Of a DNA stretch of 34,022 nucleotides, positions 17,064 through 25,481 are shown piece by piece. Under the pieces are notes generated by a model, which worked only from the letters and a program-made list of their open reading frames with translations, made no database searches and was not told the DNA's origin. The DNA comes from Alphaproteobacteria bacterium (GTDB lineage: Bacteria > Pseudomonadota > Alphaproteobacteria > Rickettsiales > UBA998). The stretch is taken from the NCBI GenBank assembly GCA_030430795.1, contig JAUIJX010000002.1:1-34022 (forward strand). The letters are read 5' to 3'. Every line of letters starts with the position of its first letter. Within the stretch, counting starts at the first letter, position 1. Made by a program: the position numbers and the translations under genes.

Positions 17064-18827
17064 TTGAGCATTTTCACGCATGATCTGGACACCGTCTCCA
17101 ATGAACTGGTACGCTGGCTGTGGAATAATCAGGAACACTGGTTCATTCTGGAAGATATGGCCAAAGCCGGAAAGGATGCGGATGGCCACGACACGCTCTG
17201 CTTTGACCTCCTTAAAAACAGTGATAATTTCGGATACGACATGAAAATCGGCGGTCGCGTTGGCGATTTTTCCGAAGCCCTGCGCGCCAACAGCCCGCAA
17301 ATCCTCAGCAGACTGGAACATGGCCCGGCCATTGCACTGCTGGAGGCACTCAGTCAGCATGCCGGCACATGTCTGGAAGATTTGAGCGACGAGGAACTGC
17401 GCGACATCAACGCCAAGGCATTGCAATATGTGAAGGAAACCAATCCCGGTCTGGCGCATGTGCTGGGATATGACTGGGATCACCCGTCACTGGCATTCCT
17501 CACCGGCAATGCTGATTTCGGCTTGTTTTCCAACGGCTACCAGAAGCTGATGAACGCACTGGCAGTGCTGGACACGCTCTCCCCGGAGCAGCGCATGTCC
17601 CTGAAGGAAAACATGCTGCACACACGGCAAATCCTGCTCGACCACCCACCGGAGAATGTGGCATCGCTGGATATCCGCCACTGCTACGCCTCGGAAAGCT
17701 TTGATATGTCTACCATTGAGCGCCACCGCACCGCGTTGGCGGGCGCTTTGCTCTGCCTGCCGAAAGAGCGACTGGCAGCGCTGGAAGACACGTACCGGGC
17801 GCTGAAAGACGCCGTCGCACGCTTCGCCGACCGCGAACCGCCGATCGATATGCGCCACCTGCCGCGCACCAACAGCGATGAATATGCCGCCGGGAATATC
17901 CTGCTGGAAGCGCTGGAAGCCGTTGATCCTTATACCAAAGATCAACCACCGCACCCCTATTACGCCACCATCCGCGATGCCTTGCGTGAGGTGCAGACCG
18001 ACTGGCAAAAGAAGGAAGAGAGCGGATTGGTCAGCGCGTTGCATAAGGAAGACGGTGAGCTGGATAAAGCAGAATTGCAGGCCAGTTTGCATCAGGCGCC
18101 GGAACTGCAGCGTGGCATGCGATTGCTGGAGACGCTGCAGGATCGTGATGCGGACTATTTGTTCTGTACTCCGGATGACGACCCGGTGAGCTATAACCAA
18201 GAAGTTTTCCGCTATTTCGATCTGGATAATCGCATCGACGTCTCCACCAATGTCAGCGCGCCGCTGGCCAACCGCGCCGATTACCAACGCTATGGCCCGC
18301 TTTACGCCGCATTACACACGATCGGGTTTGAACTCAACGTCGTAGCACCGGAATACATGGCCATGACTGCCGATGCATTACAGGAACTTCCCGGCAAATC
18401 CTGGCGTTTCCCGGCATTGGACAAACATACCGATAGCTTTGACCGCTTGCAGCAGATTCAGCAGCGCTTGCGGCAGCAGCAGGAAACACAGTCCACCGAC
18501 GCAGCTACTATCCCGGTGGCATCACCGGTGCTGGCCGGGTATCCACGCCTTGACCGCGCCCTCAGCAATGGCGCGCTGGATATGATCCACGATGTCTTTG
18601 ATTTTCGTGTGCCTCAGGACAATATCGAGAAAGATGAGCGCACAGAGCGCCCCAACCGGCCGGATATGCGCGACCTCAACCGCAGTATTTTCCACGGGCT
18701 TGGTCGCCTGTCCAAAGATGTCGAGGGCTTCCAGTCCTGCCGCCCGCTGCATGGCCGCAAAGCCTTCCGCCCGGATTTTGACCCCTACCCGGAGACTACC
18801 AGCGACATTATGGGGATAGGGCGTTAA
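17064..18827 (+). CDS. large hypothetical cytoplasmic protein (orphan)
   Basis: 587-aa uninterrupted ORF with TTG start and GAGGGG 7 nt upstream. No signal peptide, TM segment or motif that I recognise. The antisense 266-aa ORF has shadow-type composition. Confidence 0.65.
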   Translation: MSIFTHDLDTVSNELVRWLWNNQEHWFILEDMAKAGKDADGHDTLCFDLLKNSDNFGYDMKIGGRVGDFSEALRANSPQILSRLEHGPAIALLEALSQHAGTCLEDLSDEELRDINAKALQYVKETNPGLAHVLGYDWDHPSLAFLTGNADFGLFSNGYQKLMNALAVLDTLSPEQRMSLKENMLHTRQILLDHPPENVASLDIRHCYASESFDMSTIERHRTALAGALLCLPKERLAALEDTYRALKDAVARFADREPPIDMRHLPRTNSDEYAAGNILLEALEAVDPYTKDQPPHPYYATIRDALREVQTDWQKKEESGLVSALHKEDGELDKAELQASLHQAPELQRGMRLLETLQDRDADYLFCTPDDDPVSYNQEVFRYFDLDNRIDVSTNVSAPLANRADYQRYGPLYAALHTIGFELNVVAPEYMAMTADALQELPGKSWRFPALDKHTDSFDRLQQIQQRLRQQQETQSTDAATIPVASPVLAGYPRLDRALSNGALDMIHDVFDFRVPQDNIEKDERTERPNRPDMRDLNRSIFHGLGRLSKDVEGFQSCRPLHGRKAFRPDFDPYPETTSDIMGIGR

Positions 18828-20339
18828 TCAGGCTGTCTCACGCTTTTTCTGCGTCAGCTGATGTACGTCAGCCTTCTTCTCTTCTTCCGCCGACAGCGTC
18901 AGCGTCTCATCGCTGCGATGCACATCGTAGGTCGGCATACGCGTCGGCACCTGCTTGTTCTTGGAGGCCTGCACGCCAAGATCGCTGAGTTTCTGCATGC
19001 GCGGCAGCAATCGGGCATTCGCCGACTTGGAGAAATCGTTGAAATGTTTCATCGCCGAGGTCAGCCCGCGCCCGACATTATTGGCGTAGGCAAACACCGT
19101 CGCGACGCTTTCCATAAGATCAGAAACCGTTTCCATAATCACTTGCTCATTCTCCGCCCGCTGCGCCGCCGCAATATTCATTTTCGCCAGAGAAAACAGG
19201 CCTGACAGGCTCGCTGGCCCGGCCAGAATGATGTTGGCTTTCTCCAGTTTCTGATTGAAATCCGGATCGGCCAGACGAATCTTCTCAATCGCCGACTCGC
19301 TCGGCAGATACATCACGTTAAACATGTAGCCGATCTGCTGTCCTTTACCTGCTTCCTTGAATTGCTGCAGCACTGCCGCCTGATACTGCTTGCTGCCCAG
19401 CGCCCGCACATGCTCATTCATCGAGCGCTTCAGCCGCTCCATCATCGCCGCTTCCTGCTCGCCGCCTTCATGTTCCGCCAGCTCGATCAGGAATTTCGAC
19501 GCCTTGCTATCCACCACGATCACCATATCCTGCGGCAGGAATACCACCGCATCCGGGCGCAGATTGGACGCGTCCTCGCGCCGGATGTGATACTGCATCA
19601 CGAAATCGCGCCCCGGCTCCAGCCCCAGATTCTTCAGCGAGTTCTCTAACCCGACCTCGGCCATCTGCCCGGCACCGCCGGGATTGGTCAGCGCGCGCAT
19701 CACCGTATCCATCTGCTGACGTGCATCCTGCGACTGGTCTTTGATCGACGCCACTGCCTTGGTCACTTCCATGAATTGCTCGGTCAGCTTCTCGGTCGTC
19801 TTCTTGATCTGCTCTTCCTGCTGCTTTTTCACGTCCTCGGCTTCGCGCTTGTGATCCGCCAGCAACTTATTCGACATCTCCCCGCCCGCTTTCAGGATCG
19901 ACGCCCGCGCCGCCAGCATCATTTCTTCCTTTTGCTTCTCCCAGTCCTGCATACGGCTGGCCGTATCCTTCATACGCTGCTCAATCAATTCCGTGCGTTT
20001 ATCGGCCTCCGCCAAATCCGACTCCGCCTCCCGCAGCTTCTCACGCGTGATATTGCGCTCCTCGCGCACCTCCTCCAACTGCCGCATAGCTTCGCTTCGT
20101 TCCGTCACCGCAATGGATTTATCCTCCAGCAACTGCATATACTCACGCTTGAGCTTCACATATTCTTCCGCCTCTTTGCGCAGCGATTCCTCGGCGTTGC
20201 GCAACCGCATCAGCTCCAGCTCCTGCGTTTTCAGCTTCAGGAAGAACTGCCGCGCCGTGTAGAGGGCAAACAGCGCGATGCCTCCCGCCACCAACAGTGC
20301 CACAGAAAAAACTACGATCATCGGGATAGCGTCCGGCAT
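18828..20339 (-). CDS. rmuC: DNA recombination protein RmuC
   Basis: 503 aa: N-terminal TM helix, long E/K/R/Q coiled coil and an RmuC C-terminal nuclease-like domain (RPDAVVFLPQDMVIVVDSKA). Confidence 0.85.
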   Translation of the reverse strand: MPDAIPMIVVFSVALLVAGGIALFALYTARQFFLKLKTQELELMRLRNAEESLRKEAEEYVKLKREYMQLLEDKSIAVTERSEAMRQLEEVREERNITREKLREAESDLAEADKRTELIEQRMKDTASRMQDWEKQKEEMMLAARASILKAGGEMSNKLLADHKREAEDVKKQQEEQIKKTTEKLTEQFMEVTKAVASIKDQSQDARQQMDTVMRALTNPGGAGQMAEVGLENSLKNLGLEPGRDFVMQYHIRREDASNLRPDAVVFLPQDMVIVVDSKASKFLIELAEHEGGEQEAAMMERLKRSMNEHVRALGSKQYQAAVLQQFKEAGKGQQIGYMFNVMYLPSESAIEKIRLADPDFNQKLEKANIILAGPASLSGLFSLAKMNIAAAQRAENEQVIMETVSDLMESVATVFAYANNVGRGLTSAMKHFNDFSKSANARLLPRMQKLSDLGVQASKNKQVPTRMPTYDVHRSDETLTLSAEEEKKADVHQLTQKKRETA

Positions 20340-20410
20340 GACTTTCTCGCTTGCGTGTCTAGGTTTCTCGCAGTATCCACTATAGAAACAACTGGCAAAA
20401 GTGCAAGACG

Positions 20411-21754
20411 ATGAACGATCAGGACCTCTCCGTAGTGATTCTTGCTGCAGGCAAGGGAACCCGTATGAAATCGGAGCTTCCCAAAGTGCTGCACCCGATT
20501 GCCGGGCAGCCGATGATCCAACACGTGCTCGACACCGCCGCCGCGCTTGACCCGCTCTACACGGTCGTAGTCACGGCACCGGGCGCTGACAGCGTCACTC
20601 AGGCGGTCGCTGACGCCTGCGAACTGGCCATCTGCACCGAACAAACCGAGCAGCTCGGCACCGGCGATGCCGTCCGTGCCGCCGAGCCGGCCATGAGCGA
20701 TTTCACCGGCACCACATTGGTACTCTACGGCGACACGCCGCTGCTGACCGCCGACACACTGCGTGACATGTGCGATGTCCTGAACGATCATGACGTGGTG
20801 GTGCTCGGCATGTGCCCGGAAGACCCCGGCGCCTATGGCCGTCTCGTCGTAGGAGAGGACGGTTCGCTCGAGGCCATCGTTGAGTATAAGGACGCCAGCG
20901 ACGAGCAACGCGCCATCGAACTGTGCAATTCCGGCGTCATGGCAGTACGCAGCGGCCAGATCTTCACATTGCTGGCCGAAGTCACCAACGACAACGCCAA
21001 AGGCGAATACTACCTCACCGACATCGTCGCCATCGCCCGCGCCAAAGGCATGAGCTGCGGCTACCTCGAAGCCCCGGAGGAAGAATTACTGGGTGTGAAC
21101 TCCCGCGTCGAACTGGCGCAGGCCGAGAGCATCTGGCAAATGCGCAAACGACTGGACGTCATGGAATCCGGTGTCACGCTGATCGACCCGGACAGCGTCT
21201 ATTTCTCAGCCGACACCGCCATCGCCGCCGACGTCACCATCCAGCCAAATGTCTGGTTCGGCAAAGGCGTCAGCATCGCCAGCGGCACCACTATTTATGC
21301 CTACAGCCATATCGAAGGTGCCAATATCGGAGAAAACTGTCGCATCGGGCCGTTCGCCCGCCTGCGCCCCGGCAGCCAGCTGGCCGGTGACAACAAGATC
21401 GGCAATTTCGTCGAGCTGAAAAAAGCCACCCTGCATCCCGGCGCACAAGCCAGCCATCTCAGCTATCTGGGCGACGCCGAGATCGGCAAGAACAGCAATA
21501 TCGGAGCCGGAACAATCACCTGTAACTATGACGGATACGACAAATACCAGACCATCATCGGCGACGATGCCTTCATCGGATCGGACACCGCCCTCATCGC
21601 CCCGGTGAAGATCGGCGACGGCGCCATCGTCGGTGCCGGCAGCGTCATCACCGAGAACGTCACCAAGGACGCGCTGGCACTCACCCGCGCCAACCAGATT
21701 GAGAAGCCCGGCTGGGCCAACACCTTCCGTGAGAAAAAGAGCAAGAAAAGCTAG
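20411..21754 (+). CDS. glmU: bifunctional UDP-N-acetylglucosamine pyrophosphorylase / glucosamine-1-phosphate N-acetyltransferase
   Basis: 447 aa: N-terminal LAAGKGTRMKS nucleotidyltransferase motif and C-terminal left-handed beta-helix hexapeptide repeats. Confidence 0.95.
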   Translation: MNDQDLSVVILAAGKGTRMKSELPKVLHPIAGQPMIQHVLDTAAALDPLYTVVVTAPGADSVTQAVADACELAICTEQTEQLGTGDAVRAAEPAMSDFTGTTLVLYGDTPLLTADTLRDMCDVLNDHDVVVLGMCPEDPGAYGRLVVGEDGSLEAIVEYKDASDEQRAIELCNSGVMAVRSGQIFTLLAEVTNDNAKGEYYLTDIVAIARAKGMSCGYLEAPEEELLGVNSRVELAQAESIWQMRKRLDVMESGVTLIDPDSVYFSADTAIAADVTIQPNVWFGKGVSIASGTTIYAYSHIEGANIGENCRIGPFARLRPGSQLAGDNKIGNFVELKKATLHPGAQASHLSYLGDAEIGKNSNIGAGTITCNYDGYDKYQTIIGDDAFIGSDTALIAPVKIGDGAIVGAGSVITENVTKDALALTRANQIEKPGWANTFREKKSKKS

Positions 21755-21818
21755 GCCCCTCTTGCAATTCACACAAAACCAACTATTTTAGTCAGACATA
21801 GACAACGGAGACGCATGG

Positions 21819-22373
21819 ATGTTTATCCAGACTGAAAGCACCCCTAATCCACTGACCATGAAATTCCTTCCCGGCACGACTGTCATGGCGGAAGGCACGC
21901 GCTTTTATACCGGCCAGAACATGGCGGAAGAATCCCCGCTGGCGATGGCGCTCTTTCAGATTCCGGGCGTCACCGCCGTCTTCCTCAGCAGCGACTTCAT
22001 CACCGTCACCCGCAAGGAAGAGGAAGAATGGGGTACGCTGAAAGCCGATATTCTGGCCACCATCATGGATCATTTTGTCGCCGGTCACCCGGTCATTCAC
22101 GCCAAAACCGCGCCCAAACCGGAAGCGGCCAGCGGCGAAGAGAGCGACATCATCAAGGAAATCAGGGAATTGATCGATACCCGCGTCCGCCCGGCGGTGG
22201 CCATGGACGGCGGCGACATCATCTTCCATTCCTATGAGGACGGCATCGTGAAACTGGAAATGCACGGCGCCTGTTCCGGCTGCCCAAGCTCAACCATGAC
22301 CCTGAAACAGGGCATTGAAAACATGTTGAAGCATTATATTCCGGAAGTGGAAGCCGTCGAACCGGTGAATTAG
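21819..22373 (+). CDS. NifU/Nfu-type Fe-S cluster scaffold protein (Nfu_N + NifU C-terminal domains)
   Basis: MFIQTESTPNPLTMKFLPG (Nfu_N) and a C-terminal GACSGCPSS CxxC motif. Confidence 0.85.
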   Translation: MFIQTESTPNPLTMKFLPGTTVMAEGTRFYTGQNMAEESPLAMALFQIPGVTAVFLSSDFITVTRKEEEEWGTLKADILATIMDHFVAGHPVIHAKTAPKPEAASGEESDIIKEIRELIDTRVRPAVAMDGGDIIFHSYEDGIVKLEMHGACSGCPSSTMTLKQGIENMLKHYIPEVEAVEPVN

Positions 22374-22393
22374 TCCATCACTAAACAATGTTG

Positions 22394-22500
22394 TCACAAG
22401 ATGGAGCATTAGGCGAGAATGCCGTGTTTTCGAGAACCGGAAGCGTAAGCGTATAAAGCATACGTGCGAACCGGAAGCGCAGAAAATGCGCATTCGCAGT
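22394..22500. repeat. family-1 structured intergenic repeat, copy E
   Basis: Colinear with 3104-3212. Arms 22413-22431 (gcgagaatgccgtgttttc) and 22481-22497 (agaaaatgcgcattcgc) are inverted repeats. Confidence 0.7.
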
Positions 22501-22526
22501 CAATGATACACTTGTGAAAACGTGGT

Positions 22527-22904
22527 TTAGCAGCGTTTGTACTGGCTGTTGGAACGCCCAGCAGCACCGGAGGTGATGATATTGCCGTCGGCATCGGCGG
22601 CACTGATCCAGGACTGATTGGTCAGCCCCATCTGCTCTGCCTGTTCCTGTACGTCGCGGGAGACAAGGAACATCAGCCGTTCAATCTGTTTTGGCTCACG
22701 CAAATCGTCCGGCAGCGCATTGAACAGACGATGCATGGAACGCGTCAGCGTATCCACACGGCCACGGCGCACGGCACTACCCGGCATTTCCTCGGAAAAA
22801 GACACCGTCATATCGAGTTGCGCCTGACGATACGCCTGCAGCGCATCCGGTGCAATCTCCTCTACGCGATCGATAATCGCTTCGTCATTCGCTGTCTTGG
22901 TCAT
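22527..22904 (-). CDS. hypothetical protein co-transcribed with the flgC-like gene
   Basis: 125 aa. Its ATG lies 2 nt after the flgC-like stop (TAATCATG). No family recognised. Confidence 0.55.
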   Translation of the reverse strand: MTKTANDEAIIDRVEEIAPDALQAYRQAQLDMTVSFSEEMPGSAVRRGRVDTLTRSMHRLFNALPDDLREPKQIERLMFLVSRDVQEQAEQMGLTNQSWISAADADGNIITSGAAGRSNSQYKRC

Positions 22905-22906
22905 GA

Positions 22907-23305
22907 TTAGCTCGTGATATCTAACAGGTTTTGTAACATTTCGTCAGCGGTCTCGATGGTCTTCAGGTTGGCCTTGTAGTCATACGACGCCACCTTTTGC
23001 TGCACCACCTCTTCGTCCAGACTGACATTCGGGTATTCGACCACGCCGTCCGCATCGGCAGCGGAACTGCCCGGCTGATAGACTTTCACCGTTGCCGGAT
23101 CACGGTCCACCAATTCCGTACGCACGCCACCCGTCGGCTCTAACGCAGACTGGTGAACGTCTCTCGGCGTATACGGCTCGTTGATCTTCTCCCCGTTGAC
23201 GGTCTTGGAGGTACTCTGAACATTCGCCACATTATTGGCACTGTTGGCCATACGCGTACTTGCCGCATGAAGACCAGTCAGTCCGATATTGATAGAATTG
23301 ATCAT
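22907..23305 (-). CDS. flgC: flagellar basal-body rod protein FlgC-like (orphan)
   Basis: 132 aa. N-terminal rod motif GLTGLHAASTRMANSANNVANVQST, C-terminal VEYPNVSLDEEVVQQKVASYDYKANLKTIETADEMLQNLLDI. GGAGGGG SD upstream. Confidence 0.7.
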   Translation of the reverse strand: MINSINIGLTGLHAASTRMANSANNVANVQSTSKTVNGEKINEPYTPRDVHQSALEPTGGVRTELVDRDPATVKVYQPGSSAADADGVVEYPNVSLDEEVVQQKVASYDYKANLKTIETADEMLQNLLDITS

Positions 23306-23366
23306 AATTACCCCTCCTCTAGAGCCATATCAGACCTGATCCTACCATGAATAAGTAAACGCGTTG

Positions 23367-23381
23367 TTAACAATTACTAAA
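23367..23381 (-). promoter_or_regulatory. CtrA-like box (TTTA-N7-TTAAC read on the minus strand) upstream of the flgC-like gene
   Basis: ttaacaattactaaa overlaps the 10-bp perfect palindrome ttgttaacaa (23364-23373), about 60 nt upstream of ATG 23305. It has one mismatch to TTAA-N7-TTAAC. Confidence 0.3.
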
Positions 23382-23500
23382 ATTTTAGCGATTTCTTCGC
23401 CCCAAACCCCGGACAATTGCTTAAAAAGCATGAATTTACCATTGCATTTCCCCCGGCAAATCCTTAGCCTGCTTGCACATTCAGTTTCATACGGGACACC

Positions 23501-24844
23501 ATGCGCACGCTCGCAATTCTTTGCTCTCTTCTCACCCTCGTTTTACTCACAGACACTGCGTCTGCCGCCAGTTTCCGCTGTCCGTATCTGGCCGACAAGA
23601 CCAAACAGACCATCAGCGAGATGACACAGGGCAAAGACGGTTGGTTCTTCCGTATTCAGGGCGATCTGGAAGAAGAATTCCTGATGACCTCGGAGACGGC
23701 GCAGTATTTCACCCGCTTGGTTGATGCGCTGGATGCACGCGATACCACCTTGATTTTTATCACCATTCCCCCACGCGGCATGGTCGCTTATGACTTCCTT
23801 GACCGCAGCATTGACGTGCAGGCGGATTTCGACAAAACCAAGGCCGAGACCTCCTTTAACGATCTGGTCGTCGCCTTGCAGGGAACCGGACTGATCGCCC
23901 CCAACATCACCAGCCAGTCCGACCTCGGCGCTGACTTCTTCTTCCACCGCGACATCCACTGGACTCCGGAAGGCGCGCGCATCGCAGCCAAAACGCTGGC
24001 CTCCATCCTCAAAGACAACACGCATTTCCAAAGCATGACCCCGGCAGCCTTTGAGACGGTCGAAGCCTCGCGCCAGACCATCAAGGAGCGTATGGGGCTG
24101 GAATTGCAGCGCCTGTGCACCTCCGATATTCCGCCGGAACCGTATGTTCAGTACGAAACCCGCCGCAAGGACACCAAAGATGCCTCTGCTCTGTTTGGTG
24201 ATGCCGAAGAAAGCGAAGCATCTGTCCTCGTCGGCTCCAGCTTCAGCGCACTGGAATGGTTCAACTTCGACGGCTTTATCTCCGAATATACCGGCCTCGA
24301 CATCGCCAACCACGCCCTCGCCGCCGGGCATTTGTTCAATGCCATCGTCTCCTACACCTCCTCACCGCAATTCGTGGGTGCCCGCCCACCCTTCATGATC
24401 TGGGAAGCCCCGGCCATCTACGACCTCAACAACGACACCGCTAAATTCTTCCGCCAAGTCATCCCGGCCATCCACGGCCCCTGCGGTCCGAGCAAAGCGC
24501 TGGCCAAAGGCTCACTCACCGTCAAAAACGGTAAAGGCGGCCTGCTGATGACCCTCGACCCGGCCAAGAAAATATCCGGCAACGGCTATTTCCTGTTCAT
24601 CGAATCCAGTAACAAAGGATTGGCTGAAATGACCCTCGATCTGGAGTATGATGATGAAGACGGCGAATGGTTCACCATCGACCGCTCCGAGCATTTTAAA
24701 AACTATGGCCGCTTTTTCATCGAACTGTCCGATGACATCGAAAGCGCGCTCAGTACCGTTCAGGTAGACGGACTGTCCAATGTCAACGCGACGCTGACCG
24801 CCTATCTCTGCCAAACCCCAACAGCAAGTAACCAAGGAGAGTAA
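23501..24844 (+). CDS. algX: AlgX-like SGNH-type polysaccharide O-acetyltransferase with a C-terminal beta-sandwich-like extension
   Basis: Signal peptide, DGWFF, FFFHRDIHWTPEGA (DxHW) and VLVGSSFS (G-S-S-x-S), plus ~120 extra C-terminal residues as in AlgX. Confidence 0.75.
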   Translation: MRTLAILCSLLTLVLLTDTASAASFRCPYLADKTKQTISEMTQGKDGWFFRIQGDLEEEFLMTSETAQYFTRLVDALDARDTTLIFITIPPRGMVAYDFLDRSIDVQADFDKTKAETSFNDLVVALQGTGLIAPNITSQSDLGADFFFHRDIHWTPEGARIAAKTLASILKDNTHFQSMTPAAFETVEASRQTIKERMGLELQRLCTSDIPPEPYVQYETRRKDTKDASALFGDAEESEASVLVGSSFSALEWFNFDGFISEYTGLDIANHALAAGHLFNAIVSYTSSPQFVGARPPFMIWEAPAIYDLNNDTAKFFRQVIPAIHGPCGPSKALAKGSLTVKNGKGGLLMTLDPAKKISGNGYFLFIESSNKGLAEMTLDLEYDDEDGEWFTIDRSEHFKNYGRFFIELSDDIESALSTVQVDGLSNVNATLTAYLCQTPTASNQGE

Positions 24845-24845
24845 C

Positions 24846-25478
24846 ATGCTGAGAACCCTACTGACCTGTCTTCTGTTTCTGATCCCTGTGACTGCCTCCG
24901 CAGTCAATGACAAAGAACTCTACGACCCTGCCCCTCCGGCCGATTCGGCCTTCGTCCGGCTGGTCAACGGCGGCACCGCCAAAATCGGTGGCGTCATCGG
25001 CAACATCCAGTTCAAGAACGTTTCGGCACCGGGTGCATCGCCTTATTCTCTACTAAAAGAAGGTGTCTACGACCTGGTAGTGAACGGCAAGAAGACCCGC
25101 ATCACCATTAAGTCCGGCGGCTATTACAGCTTTGCCGTCGCCGGTGATGGCAGCGTCATCACCATCAATGACCCGCTGATCAAAAATCCGGCCAAGGCCA
25201 TGATTTATTTCTATAACCTCTCCGACGCCAAGGAAGCGAGCCTGCGTGCACCGAGCCACAACACCGACATCATCGGCAAGCAAACATCCGGCAGCGGTTC
25301 CGCCAAGGAAATCAACGCCCTGACACTGGATATCGCCATCACCGCCAATAACATCGATGTAGCCAGATACGCCAACACCGGACTGAAACGCCGCACCGGC
25401 TACAGCTTCATCCTCTCCGGCAGCGGCGCGGAGCTGAAAGGCGCCATGGTGGAAAACGGGGTCAGTAAGGCCAAATAA
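24846..25478 (+). CDS. algF: AlgF-like alginate O-acetylation protein
   Basis: 210 aa with a signal peptide. ELYDPAPPADSAFVRLVN, IKNPAKAMIYFYNLSD, KEINALTLDIAI and FILSGSGA align with Pseudomonas AlgF as I recall it. The start lies 1 nt after the algX-like stop. Confidence 0.8.
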   Translation: MLRTLLTCLLFLIPVTASAVNDKELYDPAPPADSAFVRLVNGGTAKIGGVIGNIQFKNVSAPGASPYSLLKEGVYDLVVNGKKTRITIKSGGYYSFAVAGDGSVITINDPLIKNPAKAMIYFYNLSDAKEASLRAPSHNTDIIGKQTSGSGSAKEINALTLDIAITANNIDVARYANTGLKRRTGYSFILSGSGAELKGAMVENGVSKAK

Positions 25479-25481
25479 CCC

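Noticed and set aside
23455-23468. Sigma-54-like GG-N10-GC (ggcaaatccttagc) upstream of the algX-like gene
   Set aside because: It is a poor match to TGGCAC-N5-TTGCW (TAGC instead of TTGC), and no enhancer-binding protein gene is in view.
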